Part shown: positions 37,696 to 47,399 of the stretch, piece after piece
Position numbering within the stretch: position 1 is the first letter of the stretch
Layout: each line of letters starts with the position of its first letter
From: an uncultured Acidobacteriota bacterium
Lineage (GTDB): Bacteria > Acidobacteriota > Vicinamibacteria > Vicinamibacterales > 2-12-FULL-66-21
Reading direction: 5' to 3'
DNA length: 64,000 nt
Assembly: GCA_963750475.1 (NCBI GenBank)
Contig: CAVVQQ010000003.1
Location: 64,958-128,957 of the forward strand
Made by a program: the position numbers and the translations under genes
Notes under the pieces: model-generated
Database searches by the model: none
Told to the model about the DNA's origin: nothing
Seen by the model: only the letters and a program-made list of their open reading frames with translations

Positions 37696-39414
37696 CGATC
37701 CCCTGGACGCCTGGTGGTCATGGTGGCGGCGCTCTGGGCCGCGCCGGGAGGATCGATGCGCGTGGCGGCGCAGGACGTCGGCACCGAGGCCCAGCGCGAG
37801 TCGGGCCGGAAGCTGTATCTCAAATCCTGCTCGCAGTGCCACGGCGAAAAAGGGGACGGCGAAGGATACGCCGCCCCGCATCTGCGTCCGCGGCCGCGGA
37901 ATTTCACGACCGGCAAGTTCAAGATCCGGACCACGGCAAACGGCGCGCTGCCGACGCATCAGGACCTGGTCAACATCATCAGACGGGGAATGCCGTACAC
38001 CTCGATGCCAGCCTGGCCGAGCCTTGCCGATCAGGAAGTGTCGGATCTCGCGTACTTCATCACCACTTTCTCACCTGACTTCGCCAAGCCCGAGAACGCT
38101 CCCAAGCCGGTGCCGCTTCCCGGCGCGCCGAAGGCGACGACGGAGTCTGTAGCGCTCGGAAAGAAGCTCTACGAGGAGAGCGGCTGCGTGAAGTGCCACG
38201 GCGCGCTCGGCCGCGGTGACGGGCCGTCGGCGCCGACCCTGATGGACGACTGGGGGCACCCGATCCGCGCCGCCGATCTGGCGCAGAGCTGGACCCTGCG
38301 GGGCGGATCTTCCCGCGAAGACATTTTCCGGACGATGAGCACGGGGCTGAACGGCACGCCGATGCCGTCGTTTCTCGAAGCGCTGACGCCGGAGCAGCGC
38401 TGGGCGATCACCGATTTCATCGTCTCGCTCTCGGGCGGCGACGGCCCTGGCTACGCCAATCTGGTCATCGCCAGGCACGTGAAGACGCCGATCGATCTCG
38501 GCAAAGGCGCCGCGAGCTTTGCTGACGCGCCGGTCGCACGGTTTCCGGTCGTCGGCCAGATCATGGAGCCGGGACGATCGTTCCATCCGCCGGCGACGAG
38601 CGTCGCCGTCCAGGCGGTCTACGACGCCGACTCGATCGCCCTGCTGGTGCGCTGGCACGACATGAGCGCGGAAAAGTCCGGGAAGAACGGGCCGTCGCTG
38701 CCGGTGCCGGCAGAGGAAGAGGAGGAGCCGGCGGCGGCCGCGGCGGCGGGCGAGGGGAGCAGTGCGGGCGGCTTCGGCGACGCGGAGGTCGCGGCGACGC
38801 CGGCCGGACAGGCGCCGGCGCCCGCCGCGGACCCCTTCGCCGAGGCCGTCCGCGCCAGCTGCGCCGCCATCCGAGTTCTCCGACGCTGTCGCGATCCAGG
38901 TGCCTTCGCAGGCCCTCGACCGGTGCGCGCAAGCCGTACTTCCTCTTCGGCGACGGCGAGAACCCGGTCGATCTCTGGTTCTTCGATCTGGCCGGCGCGG
39001 CGCCGCTGCAGTTCACCGGGCGGGGCAGCGGGGCCGTCGACAGCCGCCGCCGCGACCGATGTCACCGGAACCGCGAGCTACGACCAGGGGGAATGGTCGG
39101 TCATTTTCAAGCGGCCCCTGCGCGCCGGCGCGCGGCGCTCCGTTCTCGCCCGGGAGAGTTCGTGCCGATCGCCTTCTCGGTGTGGGACGGCTTCTCGCGC
39201 GAGCGCGGCAACAGGCGCGGCCTCACGACCTGGTACTCCCTCTATGTCGAGCCGGCAGTGGTGCCCTCGCCCGATCGGCCCGATGGTGAGGACGGCGGTG
39301 ATCATTCTGGTCATCGAGCTGGCGGTGATCGGCTGGGTGCGCAGGCGCTACGGATCGCGCGACCAAGGAAAGCTCGGCGCGGCGCCGAGCCACCCGGCAG
39401 CGACCGGCGCGTGA
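37692..39414 (+). pseudogene. Dihaem c-type cytochrome fused to an EB_dh (ethylbenzene-dehydrogenase gamma / DOMON-like haem-binding) domain with a C-terminal membrane anchor, carrying about seven frame changes as sequenced
   Basis: The haem motifs are CSQCH and CVKCH (ORF 37714..). The EB_dh-like segment is spread over all three frames. It reads ...SVAVQAVYDADSIALLVRWHD... / PSEFSDAVAIQVPSQAL / KPYFLFGDGENPVDLWFFDLAG..LQFTGRGSGAV / TGTASYDQGEWSVIFKRPLRAG / APFSPG / EFVPIAFSVWDGFSRERGNRRGLTTWYSLYVEPAVVPSP / IGPMVRTAVIILVIELAVIGWV. The shifts lie at about 37705, 38860, 38928, 39040, 39130, 39155 and 39260. Confidence 0.7.
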
Positions 39415-39510
39415 GCGCGCCGGGAGCGAGCGACGTGAACCGCCGCCGCCCCAGGGCGGCCGGGGCCGGCCAGGGCGGCGGGACGAAGTCCGCCGATGAA
39501 AAGAGGACCC

Positions 39511-41620
39511 ATGTACAAGAGCATCTACGTTCCCGTCGATAACTCAGACCACTCCAACCGCGCCGTCGCCTGCGCCGTCGGGCTGGGCAAGGCGTATTCG
39601 GCGAAGCTGGTCGGCTGCCATGTCTACGCCGCCAAGCTGCACGACTACCGCTTCAGGCAGATGGAGTACACGCTGCCCGAGGAGTACATCGACGAGGTCG
39701 AGCTCGAGCGGCAGCGGAAGATCCACGACAGCCTGATCACGATGGGCCTCAAGCTGATCTCCGACAGCTATCTCGACGGCATGTCGCGGCTGTGCGGAGA
39801 GTCGGGCCTCGAGTTCGAGCCGCGGATGATGGACGGGAAACATCACATCGAGATCCTCAAGGACCTCGCCGGCTCGGCGCACGATCTGGTGGTGCTCGGC
39901 GCGCTGGGAATCGGCCGCGCCCGCGACAGCGTGATCGGCTCGGTCTGCGAACGGGTCGCCCGCGAGGCCGATCGCGATGTCTGGGTCGTCAAGCACGTCC
40001 CGGAGCCGGGCGAGGCGGACCGGGACACCATCCTGGTCGGCGTCGACGGCAGCCCGCAGTCGTTCGGCGCGCTGATGACGGCCTCGATCTGGCCCGCACC
40101 TTCGGCAAGAAGGTCGAAGCGATCGCCGTCTACGATCCCTACCTGCATTACTCGGTCTTCAACGGCATCGTCGGCGTCCTCACCGAGCAGGCGGCGAAGG
40201 TCTTCCGCTTCGAGGAGCAGAACCAGCTCCACGAGGAGATCATCGACACCGGGCTGGCGCAGATCTACCAGTCGCACCTCGAAGTGGGCGAGCGGATGGC
40301 GAGCGAGGCGGGCGTCGAGATCAAGAAGACGCTTCTCGACGGCAAGCCTTTCCAGAAAATTCTCGACCACGCGCGCAAGACCAACCCGTGGCTGATCGTC
40401 GTCGGGCGGATCGGCGTGCACAGCCCGAAGGACGAGACCGGGCTGGGGAGCAACACGGAGAACATTCTCCGCGCCGCGCCCTGCGATGTCCTCCTGTCGA
40501 CGCGCCTCGAGGTGCCGCGCCTCGACGTGCGCGCCGAGGAGACGGTGCGGTGGACGCCCGAAGCCGAGGAGCGGATGACGCACGTGCCCGAGCAGGTCAA
40601 GGGGATCGCCCGCACCGGCGTCCTCCGGCTGGCGCTCGAGAAGGGGCATTCGGTGGTCACGAGCGCGGTGATTGACGAAGCGATGGATCGGTTCATGCCG
40701 AAGAGCGCTTCGGCGGCGACCAAGGCGCTGGCCGAGGCGGTCGCGCTCGAGCGGGCGAAGGCGGGCCCGGTCTCGATGTGCCGGGCCTGCGGCGTCACTG
40801 CCACGCAGAGCGGCGCCGGTGCGGTGCATCGTCTGCGGCGCCGACCGACTTCGAAGTGATCTCGCGCGAGATGATCGAGAAGATCGCCGAGGTCGAGGGC
40901 GGGCTCCAGGAGGAGACGACCTACGACGGGCGCAAGCTGCGGTGGTCGGAGGACGCCCGGAAGGGCCTGTGGACGATGAAGAACGCCTATCAGCGGCGCC
41001 GCACCAAGGCGCGCGTCGAGAAGCGCGCGCGCATGAAGAAGCTCGACGCGATCACGCTCGATTTCGCCCGCGAGGTGATCGAGGAGGAGACGGGCACGCC
41101 GCTCGACATCGTGGCTCAGGGGGCCTTGACCTCGTCGGCCGCCACATCGGCGTCGCCCGCCGGGACGCCCGCGTCGGGCTCCGCGCCGGCGCCAGCGGCC
41201 TCTGACGGCGTGAAGCTGGTGGCCCGCGACGAGCGGAAGAACCCGCTGATCTCGATCTTCGACTGGACCGACGAGGCGACGCAGCGGATCTTCCGCGTCC
41301 CGGCCGGCTTCATGCGCAGCCAGACGCAGGAGCGGATCGAGGCGCTCGCGCACGAACGCGCCGCGGCTGGCGGCACTGGCGAAGCCGGAGTGGTGATCGA
41401 TCTGGCGCTCGTCGAGGACGGGATCGAGATCGGCAAACGGATGATGGCCGAGATGATCGCGAACTACCCGTCAGCGGGCCAGGGGCACGAGAAGGCGGCG
41501 CCCGCTGCAGCGGGTCACTCCTCCTCGGCGTCGACCGCGCCCGCACAGGAAGCGCCGGCCGTGAACGGGAGCGGCTACCTCAACGAAGTGAGCGCGCTCT
41601 CGGCGCGGCGCGTCGAGTGA
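39511..41620 (+). pseudogene. Multidomain protein: tandem universal-stress (Usp) domains, a CxxC...CxxC zinc-ribbon and three PCP_red-like domains, with three frame changes as sequenced
   Basis: The start is probably ATG 39511 (MYKSIYVPVDNSDHS). Usp1 is ...LVVLGALGIGR...SVCERVAREADRDVWVV. Usp2 is ILVGVDGSPQSFGALMT|GLDLARTFGKKVEAIAVYDP...LIVVGRIGVHS...GSNTENILRAAPCDVLL. The PCP_red-like units are VRWTPEAEERMTHVPEQVKGIARTGVLRLALEKGH, LRWSEDARKGLWTMKNAYQRRRTKARVEKRARMK and FDWTDEATQRIFRVPAGFMRSQTQERIEALAHER. The zinc ribbon is MCRACG...RCIVCGA. The shifts lie at about 40080, 40815 and 40838. Confidence 0.7.
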
Positions 41621-41742
41621 CTTCATCAGCGCGTAGCAAGCGTCCGTGGAGCGAACCACGTCGGCAGGGTCAGGCTGGCGCGCCAGCGGCGCGCCGCGCC
41701 GGAGCGGAGCGGGGCGCAGGGGCCCCCGCGAGCGACGGCGAG

Positions 41743-41768
41743 GGGGGGCCGGCGGGGCGAAGCCCCCC
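41743..41768 (+). terminator. GC-rich hairpin followed by an A/T-rich tract (weak terminator candidate)
   Basis: The stem GGGGGGC pairs with GCCCCCC across a 12-nt loop (cggcggggcgaa), and the hairpin is followed by GGTAAATAAAT. It sits between the Usp/PCP_red gene and the GNAT gene. There is no canonical U-tract. Confidence 0.25.
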
Positions 41769-41777
41769 GGTAAATAA

Positions 41778-42654
41778 ATGTCCGCCTACCGGTTCTGTCG
41801 CTCGGACGACATCGGCCTGCTCGTCGATGCGCTGAATCGCTGCTGGTCGCCGTCTTTTCCCGACGAGCCGGCGATGACGCCGGCCGCGTTCAAGCGATCG
41901 ATCCGCGACCTTCAGGTCTGGTGCAGCAGCTGCATGGTCGCCTTCGCGGGCTCCGATCCGATCGGCGTCCTGATCGGCGCCAAGCGGCCGTCCGGAACCC
42001 TCGTCCACAAGATCGCCGTTCATCCGGAGCATCAGCGCCAGGGCCATGCTCGCCACATGCTCGATTCGCTCGGCGTCGAAGCTCGCGATTCTCGGCCCGC
42101 CGCGAATCAGCGCCGAAGTGCCGGAAGCCCTCGTGCCTGCCTGCGGCGGGCTGTTGCGCGCCAGCGGATTCGTCCAGGAAGCGCGCCTGACCGACTACGT
42201 ACTGCAGCATGACAATCGCGGCGATGATGAGGCCGCAGGCATTCCCGCCGGCCGGTTCGTCATCCCGGTGACCCTTGACGATCTCGCCGCCAATGGCCTC
42301 TCCGCCGAGGCTGATACCCAGGTCTGCTGGGAGCGCGCGGTCGACACCCTCATCGCGCGGAAGGAGGAGATTGCCGGGCTCGCCGTCGCCTCGGACGAGC
42401 GAATCGAGGCCTGCCTGCTGTACGTGACGCACGGGGCGGCGGCGGAGATTGTCTCGCTGCGTACCTTCATCGACGATGGCGGAGCTCGTGTGAAGCAGCT
42501 GCTCTCACGACTCGGCGCCCGGGGAATCGGCACGTTCCGCTTCCCGAAAGTGCGCCCGCCGGAAATCTCCGAGGACTGGCTCGAGACGCTCGGCTTCCGC
42601 CCCGCTGGCGGGCATCGACTTTACGCGACGACGGCGCGATCGGACCATGCGTAA
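41778..42654 (+). pseudogene. GNAT-family N-acetyltransferase (two-lobed), with one frame change as sequenced
   Basis: ORF 41778.. and ORF 42046..42654 join at ...VHKIAVHPEHQRQGHARHMLDSL|..SKLAILGPPRISAEV... (shift about 42065-42075). HQRQGHARHM fits GNAT motif A (Q/R-x-x-G-x-A/G). Confidence 0.6.
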
Positions 42655-42693
42655 GCTGGCGATTGTTCGAACGACGGCAGTCCCGGGCAGGAA

Positions 42694-43658
42694 ATGAAAA
42701 CCTACAGCGACATCGTTGGCGACGGCGGGTCCAGGGTGCTCGAGCAGGTGGCCGAGCAGCGCGCCCGCATCACGGACGGGCTCGCCGGAGTGCGCCATCT
42801 CGTTGCCGTCGGCTCCGGCAAGGGGGGCGTCGGCAAGAGCACCCTGACGCTCCATCTCGCCGGTGCCCTGCGCGCCCGGGGACTGCGCGTCGGGATCCTC
42901 GACGCCGACTTCAACGGTCCGTCGCAGGCGCGCATGGCCGGCGTCCAGGAAGGGCTGTTCGTTCCAGGCCGCGACAAGGTGGCGCTGCCGCGAACGAAGA
43001 ACGGCATCCCGGTCTTCTCGATGGGCTCGATGATCCCGGAGTCGGAGGCGCTCGAGTTCGAGAGCACGGCGCCCGGCGAGTCGCAGACCTGGCGCGCCAC
43101 CCGGGAGTTCGCGCTCCTCGGCGAAATCCTCGGGGCCTTCGAGTGGGGCGCGCTCGATCTGCTGATGTTCGATCTGCCGCCCGGGAGCCGAGCGGACCGT
43201 CCAGTACGCCGACTTTCTCGGGCCGCGGACCTCGTTCCTGCTCGTCACCATCCCCTCGGAGGTATCGCGAGGCGTGGTCGCGCGCTCGGTGGCGGCGCTG
43301 GCGAAGGGACCCAACCGGGTCCTCGGCTACGTCGAGAACATGAGCGGCTACTACTGCCGCGACTGTAACGCCGTCAAGCCGCTGTTTGCCTCGGCTGGAT
43401 CCGAGGATGCGGCAGGCGGCGCCGTCCCGCCGACCTCGCGCCAATCCCGGCTCGAGATTCCCTGCCTCGGAACCGTCCCTTTCGATCCCGAGCTGGCACG
43501 GTCACTGCGATACAGGGCTGCCGCTCGCGGACGTCCCCGACAGCCCGGTTGGCCGGGCCCTGGAGCGCGTCGCGCAGCAGCTTCTGGACAGCCTCGAATC
43601 TCCTCCGCCTCCGCTCCCGCTCCGCGCGAGCTTCGGCTCGGCAAGGAGCTCGCGATGA
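42694..43658 (+). pseudogene. Mrp/NBP35 (ApbC)-family iron-sulfur cluster carrier ATPase, with two frame changes as sequenced
   Basis: The deviant Walker A is VAVGSGKGGVGKSTLT. Further segments are ILDADFNGPS, DLLMFDLPPG|AERTVQYADFLGPRTSFLLVTIPSEVS, and the CxxC motif in ENMSGYYCRDCN. The protein continues ...GTVPFDPELAR|..CDTGLPLADVPDSPVGRALERVAQQL. The shifts lie at about 43185 and 43500. The stop overlaps the next start (ATGA at 43655). Confidence 0.85.
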
Positions 43659-44144
43659 AGTTCCTCTGTGTCCCCTGCGACAGTCCGATGAAGCTGCAGA
43701 CCGTCGAGCCCGCCCGAGGGCGGCTCGCTGTCGGTCGTCTATGCCTGTCCCGAGTGCGGCTACGAGATGGCGATGCTGACCAACGCCGTACGAGACGCAG
43801 CTCGTTCAGTCGCTCGGCGTGCGCATCGGGCCCGACATCGCCGGCGGAGCGCTGGCCGGGGCAGCGGCCGAGCCTGGCAAGTGTCCGTTCCCCGGGATGA
43901 TCTCGTCCGCGGCCCCGCAGCCCACAGGCGCCAACGGGGCGACGGAGGAAGGGCGCCCCGGGCCAGACCGACGATCCGAGCCCGGTCCGCTGGACCGACG
44001 CCGCCGAGGCCCGGCTCGCGAACATTCCCGCCTTCGTGCGGCCGATGGCGCGGACCGGCATCGAGAGGTACGCGCGCGAGAGAGGGGTCGCAGGAAGTGG
44101 ACGAGACCATCCTCGACGCGGCCCGCGACTTCTTCGGCATGTAG
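43655..44144 (+). pseudogene. Small zinc-ribbon plus PCP_red-domain protein, with four frame changes as sequenced
   Basis: The sequence reads MKFLCVPCDSPMKLQTVEP|..GGSLSVVYACPECGYEMAMLTN|..YETQLVQSLGVRIGPDIAGG...KCPFPGM...|VRWTDAAEARLANIPAFVRPMARTGIERYARERGV|.EVDETILDAARDFFGM. Successive pieces lie in frames 2, 0, 1, 2, 0 (position mod 3). All four shifts are +1, at about 43712, 43788, 43955 and 44092. Confidence 0.6.
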
Positions 44145-44207
44145 GCTGCGTTCCTGCGCGAGTCCACACGGATCTGCGCGGATTTGCACGGATTGACACC
44201 GGTCTGA

Positions 44208-45671
44208 ATGGCTGCACCGATGAACGCGACCCCGTTCGCCCGACCGTACGTCATCTCCTGGAACCTCACCTACCGCTGCAACCTTGCCTGCGAGCACTGC
44301 TATCTCGACGCCGGCGGCGCGCCACAGGTCGGCACCGAGAACTTCGCCGATCGGAGCGAGCTCGGCACCGAGGAATGCTTCAGGGTGATCGACGACATCG
44401 CCGCGTTCGCGCCCGAATGCGTGACGATCCTGACCGGCGGCGAGCCGCTCCTGCGCCGCGACATCCTCGAGATCGTCCAGCGCGCCGCGGAGCGCGGGCT
44501 CTGGGTCGTCGTCGGCACCAACGGCGTGCGCATCACGGAGAACCGTGGCGAAGCGACTGGCCGATGCCGGCGCGCGCGGCCTCTCGCTCTCTCTCGACGC
44601 GCTCGATCCCGATCGCCACGACCGGTTCAGGAACGTGCGCGGCGCCTGGCGGAACACGGTCGAGGGTGCGGAGATCCTCAACCGGACCGGGCTCCCCTTC
44701 ATCGTCCAGACGACCGCGGGCTCGCACAATCTCGGCGAGCTCGACGCCATCGCCGACTTCGCGCACGACCGCCTTGCCGCGAAGGTCTGGAACCTCTACT
44801 TCCTCGTACCGACCGGGCGCGGCCAGTTCGTCTCCGACATCACCCCGGCGCAGTACGACGACGTGCTGGCGTCGCTCTACCGGATCCAGCGGAAGTACGA
44901 CCGCCGGATGCTGGTCAACGCGAAGTGCGCACCGCACTACATCAAGACCGTACTCGAGCGCGCCCGCGGCCTGGGCGAGGGGCCGGAGGGTAGTCCCGCG
45001 GAGCGGGACCCCCGAGCGAGCGGCGGTGGCACCCGCGAGCACCGGAGGATGCCGGGCAGGCTCCCGGCCCGCCCTCGATCAGGACCTACTCCGGAGGGGC
45101 CGGTGGATGCCCGGCGGGAACGCACTACATGGGGATACGGCCGAACGGCGATGTCACCCCCTGCCCGTATCTGCCGGTCTTCGCGGGTACCCTTCGCAGC
45201 GCCAGTCTGCGGACCTGTGGACATCATCGGCGCTGTTTGCCGACATCCGCCGCCGCACCGCGCTCGGCGGCCGCTGCGGGGCGTGCGAGATGAACGGCCA
45301 CTGCGGCGGCTGCCGCGCCCGGGCGTACGGGATGACCGGCGATGTGATGGCCGAGGATCCACTCTGCACCCACATCCCCGGCACGTTCGCCGGCTCGCCG
45401 CTGCTGGCAGTCCGCGGCGCGTCCCCGGCGCCGGTCGGGCGGGACGAAGCGCCGGCCAGTGCGGGAGATCCAGTACGGTCCCGAATCGCCTCGGGCGATT
45501 GCGTGGGACGATGCCGCGGCGGCGCGCATGAAGAGGATCCCGGTGTTCGTCAGGGGCATGGTCACCACGGCCGTAGAGGAGTCCTGCCGCAAGAGCGGCC
45601 TCGACCGCGTCACCGTCGAGGAGCTCGACCGCATCCGCGCGCGGATGCCGACCCCGAAGATTTTCGGGTGA
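44208..45671 (+). pseudogene. Radical SAM / SPASM-domain enzyme (AhbD/NirJ-like tetrapyrrole-modifying type) with a C-terminal PCP_red domain, carrying five or more frame changes as sequenced
   Basis: The radical SAM cluster motif is NLTYRCNLACEHCY. Further segments are ILTGGEPLLRRDI, VVVGTNGVRITEN|.AKRLADAGARGLSLSLDALDPDRHDRFRN and ...VWNLYFLVPTGRG...NAKCAPHY. The SPASM-like part is GCPAGTHYMGIRPNGDVTPCPYLP...LWTSSALFADIRRR...GRCGACEMNGHCGGCRARAY...DPLC. The final domain is IAWDDAAAARMKRIPVFVRGMVTTAVEESCRKSGLDRVTVEELD (ORF 45459..45671). The shifts lie at about 44540, 44960-45100, 45198 and 45455. Confidence 0.8.
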
Positions 45672-45688
45672 GGCTGGATCTGAAGGGG

Positions 45689-47240
45689 ATGACTGCAATC
45701 CTGCAAAGCGCCCGAAGCGCGACAGCCCTGACGCTGATCGTGCTGGTGTGCACGGCGACAGTTGCCAGGTCGCACGGTCCGGCGGATTCCGATGCCTCGG
45801 GCGCGTCAGACAGCGCCACCGTGCCACTCGCCCCGGGCGGGGCGATCGACTCACCCGGGCCGGGCAGCGTCGTTGGCCCGTATTTCACGGTCACCGGGTG
45901 GGCGATTGAGGCTGCCGCGTCGACCGGGACAGGCGTCGACGGCGTCTATCTTTGGGCGTACCCGGCGTCCGGCGGATCAGGCATACCTCTCGGGTGGGCC
46001 GACTACGGCCGCACCCGACCCGATGTTGCCGACCAGTCCGGCCTCCGGTTCAGCAATTCGGGCTATTCGCTCGCCACCGGCATCGTCAATCCCTCGGGCT
46101 CGTACACCATCGTTGCCTACGTTCACGACACAGCGGCCGGGGGCTTCCATCAGCAGCAGGTTGTGACGGTCACGACCCAGCAGGACGCCCGGGGCGCCAT
46201 CGACCCGCCGGCGGGCGGTTTCACCGTCCCGCCGGCGTTCGCGCTGACTGGATGGGCGATCGACACCGGCGGTTTCGGGTCAGGCGTCGACGGCGTGTAC
46301 TTGTGGGCGTTCCCCTTCTCCGGCGGGGCGCCTTTTCCCGTCGACACAGCGGCCACGTATGGGCTGGCGCGGCCGGATGTGGCGTCGCAGGTACGGCAGC
46401 CGGTTCAGGAATTCGGGCTACAGCATCAACGTGGCGAGCCTGGCGCCCGGCAGGTACGTTCTCGTTCCGTTCGCCCATCCGACCGTCGGCGGTTTCGTTC
46501 AGACGCAAAGTGTCGTGGTGGAAGTGCAACTCCGTCCGCACGGGGCGATCGATTCACCCGGCCCGGACAGCGTGATCGGCCCGTGGTTCACGGTTACCGG
46601 ATGGGCGATCGAGTCCGGCGCGTCATCGGGCACGGGCGTGGACGGCGTTTACATCTGGGCGTATCCGTCCGGGGGTGGAGCCGGCATACCACTCGGGTGG
46701 GCCGACTACGGAAAGACACGACAGGATGTGGCCGGCCGGTACGGCAGCCGCTTTCTCAACTCGGGCTATTCGCTCGCCACCGGCATCGTCAATTCCTCTG
46801 GCTCGTATACCATCGTTGCGTACGTTCACGACGCACTCGCCGGAGGCTTCCATCAACAGCAGGCCGTGACGGTCAGGAAACAGCAGGATCCCCGGGGAGC
46901 GATCGATCCGCCGGCCGGCGGTTTTGCGGTCTCACCGTCTTTCACGCTTACTGGATGGGCGATCGACGCCAACAACCAACTCCCGGGTCCGGGCGTCGAC
47001 GGGGTCTATCTGTGGGCGTTTCCAGTTTCGGGCGAGCCACCTTTCGCGGTCAATTCATCCGCCGCGTATGGACTGGCCCGTTCGGACGTGGAGTCGCAGT
47101 ATGGCCCGTTCTTCAGGAATTCCGGCTACAGCGTCACTGTCTGGAACCTGCCCGCGGGCGTCTACGTCCTCGTTCCGTTCGTCCATGAGAGTCCGGGCGG
47201 CTTCTTCCGGACCCAGAGCGCCGTCGTCACGGTGCGATAG
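45689..47240 (+). pseudogene. Secreted protein made of four tandem ~115-aa beta-sandwich-like domains (A-B-A'-B'), with one frame change as sequenced
   Basis: The start is ATG 45689, followed by a signal peptide (MTAILQSARSATALTLIVLVCTATVA). The repeating pattern is GAIDxPxxGxxVxxxFTxTGWAI...GVDGVYLWAxP...YGxxRxDVxxxxGxxFxNSGYS...GxYxxVxxxH. The frame of ORF 44036.. joins ORF 46359..47240 near 46390 (...RPDVASQ|YGSRFRNSGYS). Confidence 0.7.
45838..47240 (+). repeat. Coding tandem duplication, two units of about 705 bp
   Basis: Unit 1 starts near 45838 (GGGGCGATCGACTCACCCGGGCCGGGCAGCGTC...). Unit 2 starts near 46543 (GGGGCGATCGATTCACCCGGCCCGGACAGCGTG...). By eye the units show long runs of identity, for example GGGTGGGCCGACTACGG and TCGGGCTATTCGCTCGCCACCGGCATCGTCAAT, interspersed with substitutions. 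Confidence 0.8.
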
Positions 47241-47261
47241 CGAGGAGGCGTCTGGCGCCTC

Positions 47262-47296
47262 GCCGACGCCGAGCAAGCGCTTCGGTTGGCGTCGGC
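47262..47296. terminator. Long GC hairpin between convergent genes (candidate bidirectional terminator)
   Basis: GCCGACGCC (47262-47270) pairs with GGCGTCGGC (47288-47296). The inner sequence contains the palindrome AAGCGCTT. A second short hairpin, GAGGCG-tctgg-CGCCTC, lies just upstream. There is no clear U-tract. Confidence 0.35.
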
Positions 47297-47399
47297 GGCG
47301 GAACGGCAGGGGCGGCGGGCCGCTGCGAGTGCAGCGAGCCGAGGGGGCCCGGGAACGCGCTGAGTCTTTTGAGCGATCCCCCACGAAATCAGGCCGAGA

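Noticed and set aside
34600-46400. Programmed ribosomal frameshifting or another recoding mechanism as the explanation for the serial +1 frame changes
   Set aside because: There are far too many sites, up to one per 100 nt, and they occur in many unrelated genes. I could see no shared slippery heptamer or stimulatory structure at the junctions. Indel error is the more economical explanation, although it needs read-level confirmation.
44036-47188. 1050-aa plus-strand ORF suggesting one giant protein
   Set aside because: It is a composite. Different parts of this frame coincide with pieces of the Zn-ribbon/PCP_red gene, the radical SAM gene and the repeat protein. The stretches between them are out-of-frame read-through made possible by the lack of stop codons in GC-rich sequence.
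45838-47240. CRISPR array or non-coding satellite, given the repeated sequence
   Set aside because: There are only two units of about 705 bp. The units are fully coding, in frame with a signal-peptide-bearing ORF, and have no short direct repeat/spacer structure.
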